NCBI GenBank assembly: GCA_031276015.1
Contig: JAISNX010000040.1
Coordinates: 3,816-67,815, forward strand
From: Azoarcus sp.
GTDB lineage: Bacteria; Pseudomonadota; Gammaproteobacteria; Burkholderiales; Rhodocyclaceae
Reading direction: 5' to 3'
DNA length: 64,000 bases
A program made the translations under genes and the position numbers. The notes under the pieces were generated by a model. That model had not been told where the DNA came from and did no database searches. It saw only the letters and a program-made list of their open reading frames with translations. Numbering within the stretch: position 1 is the first letter of the stretch; every line of letters begins with the position of its first letter. Shown one piece after another: positions 42,129 through 52,111 of the stretch.

Positions 42129-44428
42129 GCGAAGGAATCGTCGACCAACTGGTCAAACTGGAAGACATTGTCGCCAAATACGACGGTTTCGTCGTCGAAG
42201 AAGCCGGGCGGATACGTCAGGAACTGGGCGTCCCGTCTGAGAACGTTCTGCGAAAACAACTCGGCGAACTGGACGAAGAGCAGCGCCTGCTCAACATCGG
42301 CATCATCGGGCGCGTCAAGGCCGGTAAATCCTCCCTGCTCAACGCCGTCCTGTTCGACGGCAAGGACATCCTGCCCAAGGCCGCCACGCCGATGACCGCC
42401 AGCCTGACGATCATCACCTACGGCAAGCAATTCGCCGCGTCGGTGGAGTATTTCACGCCGGAGGACATCGCGCTGATCGAGAAGGGGCATCAAGATTTTG
42501 CCGACACGCGCGACAGGCACATTCAGAAAATCAAAAAGGAGATCGAAGACAAAAGGAAGAATCCTGCCCGCCAAGGCAGGGCGCAAGCGGAAAGCGTGCC
42601 CGAAAGCGACGACAAAGCCAGGCGACGGGCAGAACTGAAACTTCGCGGACACTGCTGCTCGGCTTACTTCGACCACTACGAACGCATGAAGAAAAGTGGT
42701 CGGCTGGATGAAATGAAAAACCGTTCCAAGGCCGAGGAACGGGAACGCATCACTGCCGATGATGAGGACGATCTCAAGAACAAACTTGCCGATTACGTTG
42801 GTGCGGAGGGCGCGCTGATGCCCTTTACCAAGAGCGTGACATTGGAACTGCCGATAGAGCCGCTGCGCAATATCCAGGTTGTCGATACCCCCGGAATCAA
42901 CGACCCGGTGAAGTCCCGCGAACAACGCACGCAGGATTACCTGAAAAAATGCGATGTGGTGCTCATCGTCAGCCCCGCCTGGCAATTCCTGAGCAAGGAA
43001 GACACCGATCTCATGGACAGGATCACAGCCAGGGAAGGCGTGCGCGAAATGTACATCGTTGCCGCACAAGCGGATTCGCCGCTTCATGGCGATGTTCTGA
43101 AGAAAAGCCGTGGCAATCTCGATCGGGCGCTGGAAATGACCCGCAGCACCTTGGGCAATCTCGCGGTGGACAGGCTGAAGGATCTCAAGCGCGACTATCC
43201 GGAAGTGGGCAACGTATTCGACCCGCTCATAAACGGCGGCAAGGAGCGCGTGATGCTCACTTCCGCCATCTGCCACGCCATGAAGCAACGCCTCGGCGAA
43301 CGGCAAGCCTGGGACGCTGGTATGAACACCGCCTGGGAGAACCTCGCCCGGAACTACCCGGATTACTTCGACAGTGACGCAAGCGCTGCTGCCACGCTGG
43401 AAAAACTGGCGAACGTCTCGACGGTGCAAAACGGACTGAACGCGGCCCGGAAAGCCAAAGACAACATCATTAAAAGTAGGCGAACTGATTATCTGAAAGG
43501 CCAGGCAAAGACGATACAGGACTACCGGCTTGGGCTGAAAAAAAGCGTTGAAGAACAGATTACCCGGGTACGCGAAACGGACATAGCACAAGTGCTGGCA
43601 GATAAAAAAGCCAACGAAGAACTACTTGAAACGGGCAGCAAGGTGATGGACGGAACCTATGAGGGTTTGCTTGAGCGATTCCGAGTGGAATTGCGCAATA
43701 CGGTAAAAACACAAGCCAACAAACTGTTCAATAATACCCAGCGCGAAATCCAGAACACCGTCGAAAAAACAAAGGAACCGAGAACGGGGAGCCGTAAAGG
43801 AAATGGTGTGTTTAATAGCATTTTAAATTGGATCAGTGACGACTGGGGACGCGAACGCTATATCTATACGGAAGAAGTTACCACAGTGCGCACGGGCGCG
43901 ATGAAAGCTCGCGTAGAGAATCTGGTCAAAAAATTACAGGACGAACTAACCGACGCCGTGGACGAGGCCAAACTAAATTGGAAAGAAAAGGTGCCGGATG
44001 AAATCATGGACAAACTGAAAATCATGGGCAAACTGGATATGTCCGTCGAGGACGCCGAGCACTTTGATTTCATGTTGAAAGAAGCGCTACGCGACCGCAT
44101 GAACAGCATGCGCCTGCCGGACGTGGAAATAAAGCTGTTCAAAAGCGATAAATCGGGCATACTGAAAGATGATGCCGCGAGACACTTCATGGACGAAGTC
44201 GAGTCCTATATAAGCAATCTGGAGGGTCAGTACCGAGAACATGCAAACAGATCCATTGAGAAAATCGTCTGTTCCGCCAAAGGAGGAGAGAAGAAATTGT
44301 CTAAGATAGTCTTCAGCGACATTCGCAACCGACTGGAAATGTTGGAAAAAGACATCGAGAACAAGGAAACCACCGTGAGACGGCTGAACAAGTGCCTCTC
44401 CGAACTGGATACACTTGGGGAGGCATGA
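42125..44428 (+). CDS. Bacterial dynamin-like GTPase 2
   Basis: GRVKAGKSSLLN, LPKAATPMTA, DTPGINDP; ATGA overlap with the upstream gene. Confidence 0.9.
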   Translation: MSEGIVDQLVKLEDIVAKYDGFVVEEAGRIRQELGVPSENVLRKQLGELDEEQRLLNIGIIGRVKAGKSSLLNAVLFDGKDILPKAATPMTASLTIITYGKQFAASVEYFTPEDIALIEKGHQDFADTRDRHIQKIKKEIEDKRKNPARQGRAQAESVPESDDKARRRAELKLRGHCCSAYFDHYERMKKSGRLDEMKNRSKAEERERITADDEDDLKNKLADYVGAEGALMPFTKSVTLELPIEPLRNIQVVDTPGINDPVKSREQRTQDYLKKCDVVLIVSPAWQFLSKEDTDLMDRITAREGVREMYIVAAQADSPLHGDVLKKSRGNLDRALEMTRSTLGNLAVDRLKDLKRDYPEVGNVFDPLINGGKERVMLTSAICHAMKQRLGERQAWDAGMNTAWENLARNYPDYFDSDASAAATLEKLANVSTVQNGLNAARKAKDNIIKSRRTDYLKGQAKTIQDYRLGLKKSVEEQITRVRETDIAQVLADKKANEELLETGSKVMDGTYEGLLERFRVELRNTVKTQANKLFNNTQREIQNTVEKTKEPRTGSRKGNGVFNSILNWISDDWGRERYIYTEEVTTVRTGAMKARVENLVKKLQDELTDAVDEAKLNWKEKVPDEIMDKLKIMGKLDMSVEDAEHFDFMLKEALRDRMNSMRLPDVEIKLFKSDKSGILKDDAARHFMDEVESYISNLEGQYREHANRSIEKIVCSAKGGEKKLSKIVFSDIRNRLEMLEKDIENKETTVRRLNKCLSELDTLGEA

Positions 44429-46032
44429 AGATGGAAACGAAGGCATTGGACGATGCACTTGGAAAGCTCGGGCGACATGTTCTGTTCTCGCGTAAAAAGA
44501 TATTGAACGCCGCACGGGATACGCTTCGCGGCATCGACGCCCATATCGACGCACTGGAAAACGAGAGGGTCGGCCTGCAACGGGACAAGGAAGCAATGGC
44601 CGGGAAAATTGACGTTTTACAGAACGACATCCGGGAAAAAGAGCGGCGACTCCGCGATTTTTCACTGATCAACGATGCCTTGGGGGCAGGCAGTGCCAAA
44701 AACAAATCCATACAAAAGTTTCGCACTCTGGTCAAAAACGATTTCAGAGAATTCTGCGATCACGAAGCGGCACTCAACGACACCGTGCCCTACCAACAGT
44801 TTCAACATATCATTGCGGAAATGCAGCGTTTCTCTCAGTGTCCGGCCCTGCACAGCAAAACCATGGGTGCCATCGGCGGCGGTTATTCCAGCGGCAAATC
44901 GGCATTCATCAACAGCCTGATCGACGAAAATGCCGACGTTCGGCTGGCGGAAGGAATTTGTCCGGTCACGATCATCCCGAGCTATGTCCTTTGCGCTCCC
45001 CAAGCGCAGATCGAGGGCATCAACTACCGAGGCGGCTTCTTTGAAATATCCAAAGAGATATACGAGGACATCTCGCACGACTTTCAGGAACAATTTCCTT
45101 TTGCCCTCAAGGAGATCATTCCCTACGTCATTGTCAACGTACCAATGCCGGAGGAACATTTCGGGCACCTGTGCTTCATTGACACGCCTGGCTATAATCC
45201 GCCCGTCAGTCTGGCCAAAAACGATGCGGAAACAGCACGGGAATACATCAAGGACGCGAGTTTTCTGATCTGGCTAGTCAACGCTGACCAGGGCACGATT
45301 CCACAGTCCGACCTGGACTTTCTGGACAAGCTCGAATTCGGCAGATCGGAGGAACGCCCCTTGTACGTCGTGGCCAGCAAGCCGGAACAGAAGGCTCCCT
45401 GCGAAATTGAGAAAATTCTGGACACCTTCGAGGAATGCCTGAAAGACAGCGATTTGTTATACGCCGGTATCAGTGTCTACAGTTCGCACCGCAGAGAAGT
45501 CCGTGCCGTGCGAGGACAAAATCTGTTCGACTTCCTGTCGGAAAATAACAAAGCCTCGCACAAACACTACGAACATCTGAATGGCATGCTGTGTGACATC
45601 TTTCGCCCCTATGTGGAAGAGATATACCGGGACGACCAGCAAATGGATCTGTATCGGGAGAAAATCGACAGTCTGCTTATGGATGTGGAGGTCATCACCA
45701 GCGACGCGGACAACCCGGAAAACCTGCTAAAAGAGGGGCTACAGGATTTGAAAAAAAGCATCACTCACACCAAGAGCCTTGAAACCCGGCTGAAACGACT
45801 GCAAGACCTGTACGATAAATTCTTCGGCTGCCTGGACGATTTCTGCGCCGAAGTCGATATGGAAAAAACGGATGTCCAAGCACAGAAAGAAAGGCTGTTT
45901 CAGCCATGCTCGGAAAAGAAACATCCCCCCAGAACAAACCCCAGAGCACCGTCGGGACGCCCTAAAGGAGATGGTATGATTAATAGCATTCTCAATTGGA
46001 TCAATGACGATTGGGGCAGACAAAGCACTTAG
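44425..46032 (+). CDS. Dynamin-like GTPase 3 with N-terminal coiled coil
   Basis: GGGYSSGKSAFIN, PVTIIP, DTPGYN, SKPE; ATGA overlap. Confidence 0.88.
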   Translation: MKMETKALDDALGKLGRHVLFSRKKILNAARDTLRGIDAHIDALENERVGLQRDKEAMAGKIDVLQNDIREKERRLRDFSLINDALGAGSAKNKSIQKFRTLVKNDFREFCDHEAALNDTVPYQQFQHIIAEMQRFSQCPALHSKTMGAIGGGYSSGKSAFINSLIDENADVRLAEGICPVTIIPSYVLCAPQAQIEGINYRGGFFEISKEIYEDISHDFQEQFPFALKEIIPYVIVNVPMPEEHFGHLCFIDTPGYNPPVSLAKNDAETAREYIKDASFLIWLVNADQGTIPQSDLDFLDKLEFGRSEERPLYVVASKPEQKAPCEIEKILDTFEECLKDSDLLYAGISVYSSHRREVRAVRGQNLFDFLSENNKASHKHYEHLNGMLCDIFRPYVEEIYRDDQQMDLYREKIDSLLMDVEVITSDADNPENLLKEGLQDLKKSITHTKSLETRLKRLQDLYDKFFGCLDDFCAEVDMEKTDVQAQKERLFQPCSEKKHPPRTNPRAPSGRPKGDGMINSILNWINDDWGRQST

Positions 46033-46073
46033 GCATAAAGCGACACATTGGCACCGACGGCCTGTGACGAGGC

Positions 46074-48254
46074 TCAAGCCGCTTCGAGCTTCGCCAGCGA
46101 AAGAATCAGCCATTTGACGCCCGCGTCGCCGAAGTTGATTTGCGCCTTGGCTTCTCTGCCGAAGCCTTCGGTGGCGACGATCACGCCGAGGCCGAAGCTC
46201 GGGTGACGCACGTTTTGCCCGATGCGCAGACCGCCGGGCAGATTGCCCCCCGGCGTGGCGGCGAACGCGGCCTTGGCGGAACCGCCGAAGGCGACCGTCC
46301 GGCCTTGAGGGTAATACCCTCCTGGCGTCAGCCACTTGACCAGTTCCATCGGCACCTCTTCGAGAAAGCGCGAACGCTGGTGGTAATGGTACTGCCCATG
46401 CAGGGCGCGTTCCTGGGCGCAGGATAAATACAGCCGCTCGCGCGCGCGCGTCACCGCCACATACATCAAGCGCCGTTCCTCTTCCAGGCCGCGAAGGTCG
46501 CTCAGGCTGTTGGCGTGCGGAAAAAGCTCTTCTTCCAGGCCACTGAGGAAAACGGCGTCGAACTCCAGCCCCTTGGCCGCATGCACGGTCATCAGTTGCA
46601 CGGCGTCCGCGTCCGCCCCGGCCTGGTGGTCTCCGGCTTCGAGCGAGGCATGGTTGAGAAAATCCGCCAGCAGCGCGTGCGGCTGCGCCAGCGCCTCGCC
46701 GCCGGAGGATTCGGCGCGGAAGTTGTCGGCGGCATTGATGAGTTCGTCGAGGTTCTCCAGCCTGTCCTGCCCTTCCTTTTCCGCCCGATAGTGGGCGCGC
46801 AGGCCGCTGCGCTCGATGACGTGCTCCACCAGTTCGGGCAGCGGCAGGGTTTCGGTTTCGCGGCGCAGGTCGTCGATCAGCCGCGTGAAATGCCCGAGCG
46901 CAACGGCGCTCTTGCCGCTCAGGCGCGACACGGCGGCATGGAGGCTGGTGTTCCCGGCGCGGGCGGCATCCTGGAGCACTTCCTGCGAGCGCGCGCCGAT
47001 GCCCCGCGTGGGAAAGTTCACAACCCGCATGAAGGCAGTGTCGTCGTCGGCGTTGGCGATCAACCGGAGATAAGCGAGCGCGTGCTTGACTTCCTGACGC
47101 TCGAAAAAGCGCAGCCCGCCATGGACGCGGTACGGGATGCCGCTCGCAAAAAGCTGGTGTTCGAGTATCCGCGACTGCGCGTTCGACCGATACAGCAAGG
47201 CAATGTCGGCACGCATCGCGCCGTCGCGCACCAGCGCCTGGATTTCTTCGACGATCCAGCGCGCCTCGTCGCCGTCGCTCATCGCCTCGAAAACCCGCAC
47301 CGGCTCGCCCGCGCCCCTGTCCGTCCAGAGATTCTTGCCGAGACGGTCGCCGTTGTTGCGGATGATGGCGTTGGCGGCGTCGAGGATGTTGCCGTGCGAG
47401 CGGTAGTTCTGTTCGAGGCGAATGACATGGCGAACCTGGAATTCGCGCTCGAAGTCGCGCATGTTGCCCACTTCCGCGCCGCGAAAGCGGTAAATGCTCT
47501 GGTCGTCGTCGCCCACGCAGAAAAGCGCCGCGCCGCCCTCCCCGCCCTCGGCGGCCAGCAGTTTCAGCCAGCGGTATTGCAGGGTGTTGGTATCCTGGAA
47601 TTCGTCGACCAGGATGTAGCGGAAACGCTGCTGGTAATGGCGGCGAATCGGCTCGTTGCGCTGGAGCAGTTCGTAGCAGCGCAGCAGGAGTTCGGCGAAG
47701 TCGACCACGGATTCGCGCTGGCACTGGGCTTCATATTCCTGGTAGAGCGCGGCGCGGCGGCGGGTGTAGTCGTCGGCGGGTTCGATGGCATGGGGTCGCA
47801 GGCCCGCTTCCTTGTGCGTGTTGATGAAATACAACAGATCGCGCGGCGGAAATTTTTCGTCATCGACGTTGAGCGTTTTCAGCAGGCGCTTGATCGCCGA
47901 AAGCTGGTCGGCAATGTCGAGAATCTGGAAAAGCGGGGCCAGTCCGGCATCGCGGTGATGCGCGCGCAAAAGACGGTTGCACAGGCCGTGAAAGGTGCCG
48001 ATCCACATTCCCCGCGGGCTGGCGGAGAGCATGGCCTCGATACGGGACTGCATTTCGCGCGCCGCCTTGTTGGTGAAGGTGACGGCGAGGATGCCCGAAG
48101 GCGATGCCAGGCCGTTGTTGAGCAGCCAGGCGATGCGGGTCGTGAGCACCCGCGTCTTGCCCGATCCCGCCCCGGCAAGCACCAACGCATGCTGCGCGGG
48201 CAGTGTGACGGCTTCGGCTTGTTGCGGATTCAGGCGGGCAAGCAGATCAGACAT
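46074..48254 (-). CDS. uvrD: DNA helicase II
   Basis: LAGAGSGKT, TFTNKAA, VDEFQD, GDDDQSIY, NYRS, EERRLMYVAVTRA. Confidence 0.97.
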   Translation of the reverse strand: MSDLLARLNPQQAEAVTLPAQHALVLAGAGSGKTRVLTTRIAWLLNNGLASPSGILAVTFTNKAAREMQSRIEAMLSASPRGMWIGTFHGLCNRLLRAHHRDAGLAPLFQILDIADQLSAIKRLLKTLNVDDEKFPPRDLLYFINTHKEAGLRPHAIEPADDYTRRRAALYQEYEAQCQRESVVDFAELLLRCYELLQRNEPIRRHYQQRFRYILVDEFQDTNTLQYRWLKLLAAEGGEGGAALFCVGDDDQSIYRFRGAEVGNMRDFEREFQVRHVIRLEQNYRSHGNILDAANAIIRNNGDRLGKNLWTDRGAGEPVRVFEAMSDGDEARWIVEEIQALVRDGAMRADIALLYRSNAQSRILEHQLFASGIPYRVHGGLRFFERQEVKHALAYLRLIANADDDTAFMRVVNFPTRGIGARSQEVLQDAARAGNTSLHAAVSRLSGKSAVALGHFTRLIDDLRRETETLPLPELVEHVIERSGLRAHYRAEKEGQDRLENLDELINAADNFRAESSGGEALAQPHALLADFLNHASLEAGDHQAGADADAVQLMTVHAAKGLEFDAVFLSGLEEELFPHANSLSDLRGLEEERRLMYVAVTRARERLYLSCAQERALHGQYHYHQRSRFLEEVPMELVKWLTPGGYYPQGRTVAFGGSAKAAFAATPGGNLPGGLRIGQNVRHPSFGLGVIVATEGFGREAKAQINFGDAGVKWLILSLAKLEAA

Positions 48255-48296
48255 GAAATAAAGCTCCTTTTGAACGACCGCCATTCTAACTTTGCT

Positions 48297-48325
48297 TTGC
48301 AAGAGCGCCGCGCATGTACTACACT
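48297..48325 (+). promoter_or_regulatory. Sigma70 promoter divergent from uvrD
   Basis: TTGCAA-N17-TACACT. Confidence 0.55.
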
Positions 48326-48331
48326 AGCGAT

Positions 48332-48565
48332 TGTGCAGGGCAGCAAATCATCACGGCGGAAAGTCGCATCACGGATTTTCCGCAGCCTTAAGCAACTAAA
48401 AGGCAAGGATAATTTCTGCCTGGCGGCCCATTTTGCGGGACAGCATCCCGGACATGTGTCGCTAATACTTGTTTATTTGCGGGATGCCTTCACCGGGCAT
48501 CCCGCGCGGGTTCCCTCCCTCTCCTTTACAGGAGATTTTCACCCGGCCCGTCCGGGTGTTTTTTT
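48332..48565 (+). ncRNA. Candidate small RNA or attenuated leader with CU-rich tract and terminator
   Basis: Promoter upstream; hairpin GCGGGATGCC/GGCATCCCGC (48479-48505); CCCTCCCTCTCC tract; terminator CACCCGG-CCCGT-CCGGGTG-T7 (48540-48565). Confidence 0.4.
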
Positions 48566-48684
48566 GCCCGTGCGCCAACGCCGCCGTTCGCGCGCCGTTT
48601 CATCGTGTGTATTGATTTTGCCGTGGCGGTATCGGAGAATCATTTCCGCCCACACACTTCCACACTCACCGGAGGGAATATTCC

Positions 48685-49683
48685 ATGACACACCTTCTCG
48701 CGCGGCGTCTCGCGCTCACGCTGCTTGCGGCATCCGTACTGCTTGTTTCCGCTTGCGGAACACTTTTTTCCAGCGAAGTGACGATCAGCCTGGATAAGGG
48801 CCGCTATCTTCGCGGCGAGGAAATCGTCGCCACGCTCGTCGGCGTCACCGAGAGGCTGGACAACGACAAGGCTTTCCTGGGTATCTACGTGCCCGGCTCT
48901 GGGCATGACGAGCGCCTCGAATACGTTTATCTTCATGCCGGGGAGAGTCAGGTGGCGTTCTCCGCCCCCGCCAGGCAGGGCAACTACGAGTTGCGTTTCT
49001 ACCAGAAAGCGCCGCCAAGCCAGGACGCACTGCGTGGCAGCCTGCCGTTCGTCGTCGATGGCGATGTCGATGTCACCCTGGCACTGGACAAAACCGTTTA
49101 CGCACGGGGTGAGGAGATTACTGCCACGCTGAACGGTGTAACCGAGCGGATGAACAAGGATGGCGCGACGCTGGCCATCTACCGGGCGGGCGGCGTCCAT
49201 GGCAGCGGCTATTTTTATGAAAGCCGCGTCGACACCGGTATCAGTCTGGTGGAATTCTCCACCCCGCCCGAAACGGGAGCCTACGAAATCCGCTTCTACC
49301 GCAAACCCCCGGCCAATGACGATACCCTGGCCATCAGCGTGCCTTTCACGGTCGAGGGCGAGGTGAAAGTCACCGTGAAGCTGGACAAAAAAACCTATGC
49401 AGGCGGCGAGGAAATCGGCGTCACACTCAATGGCGTCACCGACCGGATGAGAAAGGACGGCGCATTCCTGGCCATCTACGAAGCAGGCACCGGGCATAAC
49501 GAGAACATCTCCGATCTCACCCCCCTGCCCGCGGGCAATCGTGAACTGCTGTTTCATGCCCCGCACGAATCCGGCTCTTACGAAATCCGCTTCTACCGTA
49601 AGGACAGCCCGAAAAACAATGCGACACTGGCCACCACGGTTCCCTTCACGGTCAAGCGCATACCGCAGCAGCAGCGTCGTTAG
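48685..49683 (+). CDS. Lipoprotein with three ~100-aa tandem beta-rich (Ig-like) repeats
   Basis: Lipobox LVSAC; LDK..Y..GEEI..TL.GVT.R ... G.YE.RFY repeated three times. Confidence 0.85.
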   Translation: MTHLLARRLALTLLAASVLLVSACGTLFSSEVTISLDKGRYLRGEEIVATLVGVTERLDNDKAFLGIYVPGSGHDERLEYVYLHAGESQVAFSAPARQGNYELRFYQKAPPSQDALRGSLPFVVDGDVDVTLALDKTVYARGEEITATLNGVTERMNKDGATLAIYRAGGVHGSGYFYESRVDTGISLVEFSTPPETGAYEIRFYRKPPANDDTLAISVPFTVEGEVKVTVKLDKKTYAGGEEIGVTLNGVTDRMRKDGAFLAIYEAGTGHNENISDLTPLPAGNRELLFHAPHESGSYEIRFYRKDSPKNNATLATTVPFTVKRIPQQQRR

Positions 49684-49872
49684 AGCAAATCACCTTTATG
49701 AGGCTCCTATCAAACTGATCGTCATTGCGAGGGCCGAAGGCCCGCGGCAATCCACACGGCGGCGACTACTCGCACTGACCGGCGGTACTGCGGGAATCAC
49801 GGGCATATGGATTGCCACGTCGCTGCGCGCCTCGCAATGACGGATGTCATCATCCGAACCGAGAACGCTCTA
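49681..49872. mobile_element. MITE-like element with TAGAGC/GCTCTA ends and REP-like cargo
   Basis: Left end nearly identical to the 28603 element; right end ATCCGAACCGAGAACGCTCTA nearly identical to 56568-56588. Confidence 0.75.
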
Positions 49873-50176
49873 AGTCCGCCAATGCCGGATCGCCCTGGAA
49901 ACGCGCTTTCGGGCGCGTTTTTCATTGGGTACCGTTTCGGCGAATGCACTGTTACAAACTTTTGAAATATGGGCGATTCGTTGAAAGGCTTGGGACAAGC
50001 CGCTAGAATGCTCCGGCCAGGGTAGATCGAATGTTCCATTTCATTTTGACAAAAGAAAAATACGCTGCCATCGTCGCGCGGCGGACATCACGGGGAAACA
50101 GGCAGCATGTGCCGCGCGCAAGCTTGTGCGGGCGGCGCTTGTCCGTCGCCGGGGCCACGCCCGACAAGGCGGCGGC

Positions 50177-51355
50177 ATGAACCGCCTCGACCCTCTGCGC
50201 GCCGCACTCGCCACGCTCGACCGCAATCACCTGCGCCGCATCCGCCGCGACAACGAACAGCCTTGCTCGCCCCGCGTGCGCATCGACGGCAAGGCATATC
50301 TCGCCTTTTGCAGCAACGACTACCTCGGCCTGGCCGGAGACCCCCGCCTAGCCGATGCGCTGGCCGAAGGGGCGCGGCGATGGGGCGCGGGCGCGGGCGC
50401 GTCCCACCTGGTGTCCGGCCATTACACCGTGCAGCACGCGCTCGAACAGCGGCTTGCGGCCTTTACCGGGCGCGAGCGGGCGCTGGTGTTCCCCGCCGGT
50501 TTCATGGCCAATTGCGGCATCGTTCCGGCGCTGGCCGGACGCGGCGACGCCATCTTCGCCGACCGGCTGAATCACGCCTCGCTCATCGACGGCATGTTGC
50601 TGTCGCGCGCCAAGGCGCACCGCTACCCGCATCTCGATGTCGCCACGCTCGAACGCCTGCTGGCCGCCAGCGACGCGCCGACAAAACTTATCGTGAGCGA
50701 TGCCGTATTCAGCATGGATGGCGATGTCGCCCCCCTGCGGGCGCTGATGGCGCTCGCCGTGCGCTTCGATGCCTGGCTGCTGATCGACGATGCCCACGGC
50801 TTCGGCGTGCTCGGGCCGCAGGGGCGCGGCGCGCTGGCCGAGGCGGGCTTGCCCGGCGATGCGATCGAGAGCTGGCGCTTGATCCAGGTCGGCACGCTTT
50901 CCAAGGCGGCGGGCGTCGCGGGCGCTTTCGTCGCGGGCGCGGAAGAAGTCATCGAATGGCTGATGCAGAAAACGCGCACCTACATCTTTACCACCGGCTC
51001 CCCTCCCGCGCTGGCGCAAGCCCTGCTCGCCAGCGTCGAGCTGATCGAACAGGGCGATGCCCGCCGCGCCCGGCTTGCCGCGCTGGCCGCCCGCCTCGCC
51101 GCCGGTCTCGCGCAAAAACGCTGGAAGCTCCTTCCCTCGCGCACCCCCATCCAGCCCCTCGTCGTCGGCGACAACGCCGCCGCGCTGGCGCTTGCCGATG
51201 CGTTGATGGACGAAGGTCTCTGGGTGCCCGCCATCCGCCCGCCCACGGTGCCCGAAGGCAGCGCGCGGCTGCGCATCACGCTGTCGGCGGCGCATACGCC
51301 GGAAGATGTCGCGCGCCTGATCGACGCCATCAACCGACTGGAAACCCGTTTGTGA
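50177..51355 (+). CDS. bioF: 8-amino-7-oxononanoate synthase
   Basis: FCSNDYLGL, DRLNHASLIDG, FSMDGD, DDAHG, GTLSKA, AIRPPTVP. Confidence 0.97.
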   Translation: MNRLDPLRAALATLDRNHLRRIRRDNEQPCSPRVRIDGKAYLAFCSNDYLGLAGDPRLADALAEGARRWGAGAGASHLVSGHYTVQHALEQRLAAFTGRERALVFPAGFMANCGIVPALAGRGDAIFADRLNHASLIDGMLLSRAKAHRYPHLDVATLERLLAASDAPTKLIVSDAVFSMDGDVAPLRALMALAVRFDAWLLIDDAHGFGVLGPQGRGALAEAGLPGDAIESWRLIQVGTLSKAAGVAGAFVAGAEEVIEWLMQKTRTYIFTTGSPPALAQALLASVELIEQGDARRARLAALAARLAAGLAQKRWKLLPSRTPIQPLVVGDNAAALALADALMDEGLWVPAIRPPTVPEGSARLRITLSAAHTPEDVARLIDAINRLETRL

Positions 51356-52107
51356 AGGCAAAACCGCTGGTGTTCCTGCACGGATGGGCGATGACACCCG
51401 CGATCTGGCAAGCAATGGCCGCCGCACTGGACGATGAGGCGTCCGATATTCGCATGCCCGCCCTGCCCGGCCACGGCACCGACACAACCCGCCCCCGAAA
51501 CAGCCTCGCCGCCTGGGCCGAAGCATTGGCCCCCGCGTTGCCGCGCGATGCCATCCTCATCGGCTGGTCGCTGGGCGCGTTGCTTGCGCTCGAACTCGCC
51601 CGCGTCCGACCCCAACAAGTTGCCCGCCTGGTGCTCATTGGCAGCACGCCCCGCTTCGTCGCCAGCCCCGACTGGCCGCACGGGCTGGACGAAAAAACCG
51701 TCCAAGGCTTCATCGAAGGCCATGCCCGCGACCCCGCGGCAACCCTGCGGCGCTTTCTCGCCTTGCAGACCCTCGGCGAAGATGCCCGCAATCATCTGCT
51801 CCGCAAGCTCTCGGAAACCGTCTGCACGCCACGCGATGGGCAAGCACATCAAACACTCGCGGACGGCCTGCACATCCTCGCCACTACCGACCTCCGCGCC
51901 AGCCTCGCGGCCATCGGGCAACCCGTCTGCCTCATCCACGGCAATGGCGACGCGCTGATGCCCCCCGCCGCCGCGCGCTGGCTTGCCGATGCGCTGCCCC
52001 GCGCCCGGCTGCACATGCTGGCACATCGCGGCCACGCGCTGCCGGTTTCGGCCTGCGACGAATGCGTGGCGGCAATCCGCGCACACCTGCGCGCGGACTT
52101 CGACTGA
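51352..52107 (+). CDS. bioH: Pimeloyl-ACP methyl ester carboxylesterase
   Basis: LVFLHGW, LPGHG, GWSLG nucleophile elbow; bio operon context. Confidence 0.92.
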   Translation: MKAKPLVFLHGWAMTPAIWQAMAAALDDEASDIRMPALPGHGTDTTRPRNSLAAWAEALAPALPRDAILIGWSLGALLALELARVRPQQVARLVLIGSTPRFVASPDWPHGLDEKTVQGFIEGHARDPAATLRRFLALQTLGEDARNHLLRKLSETVCTPRDGQAHQTLADGLHILATTDLRASLAAIGQPVCLIHGNGDALMPPAAARWLADALPRARLHMLAHRGHALPVSACDECVAAIRAHLRADFD

Positions 52108-52111
52108 AACC

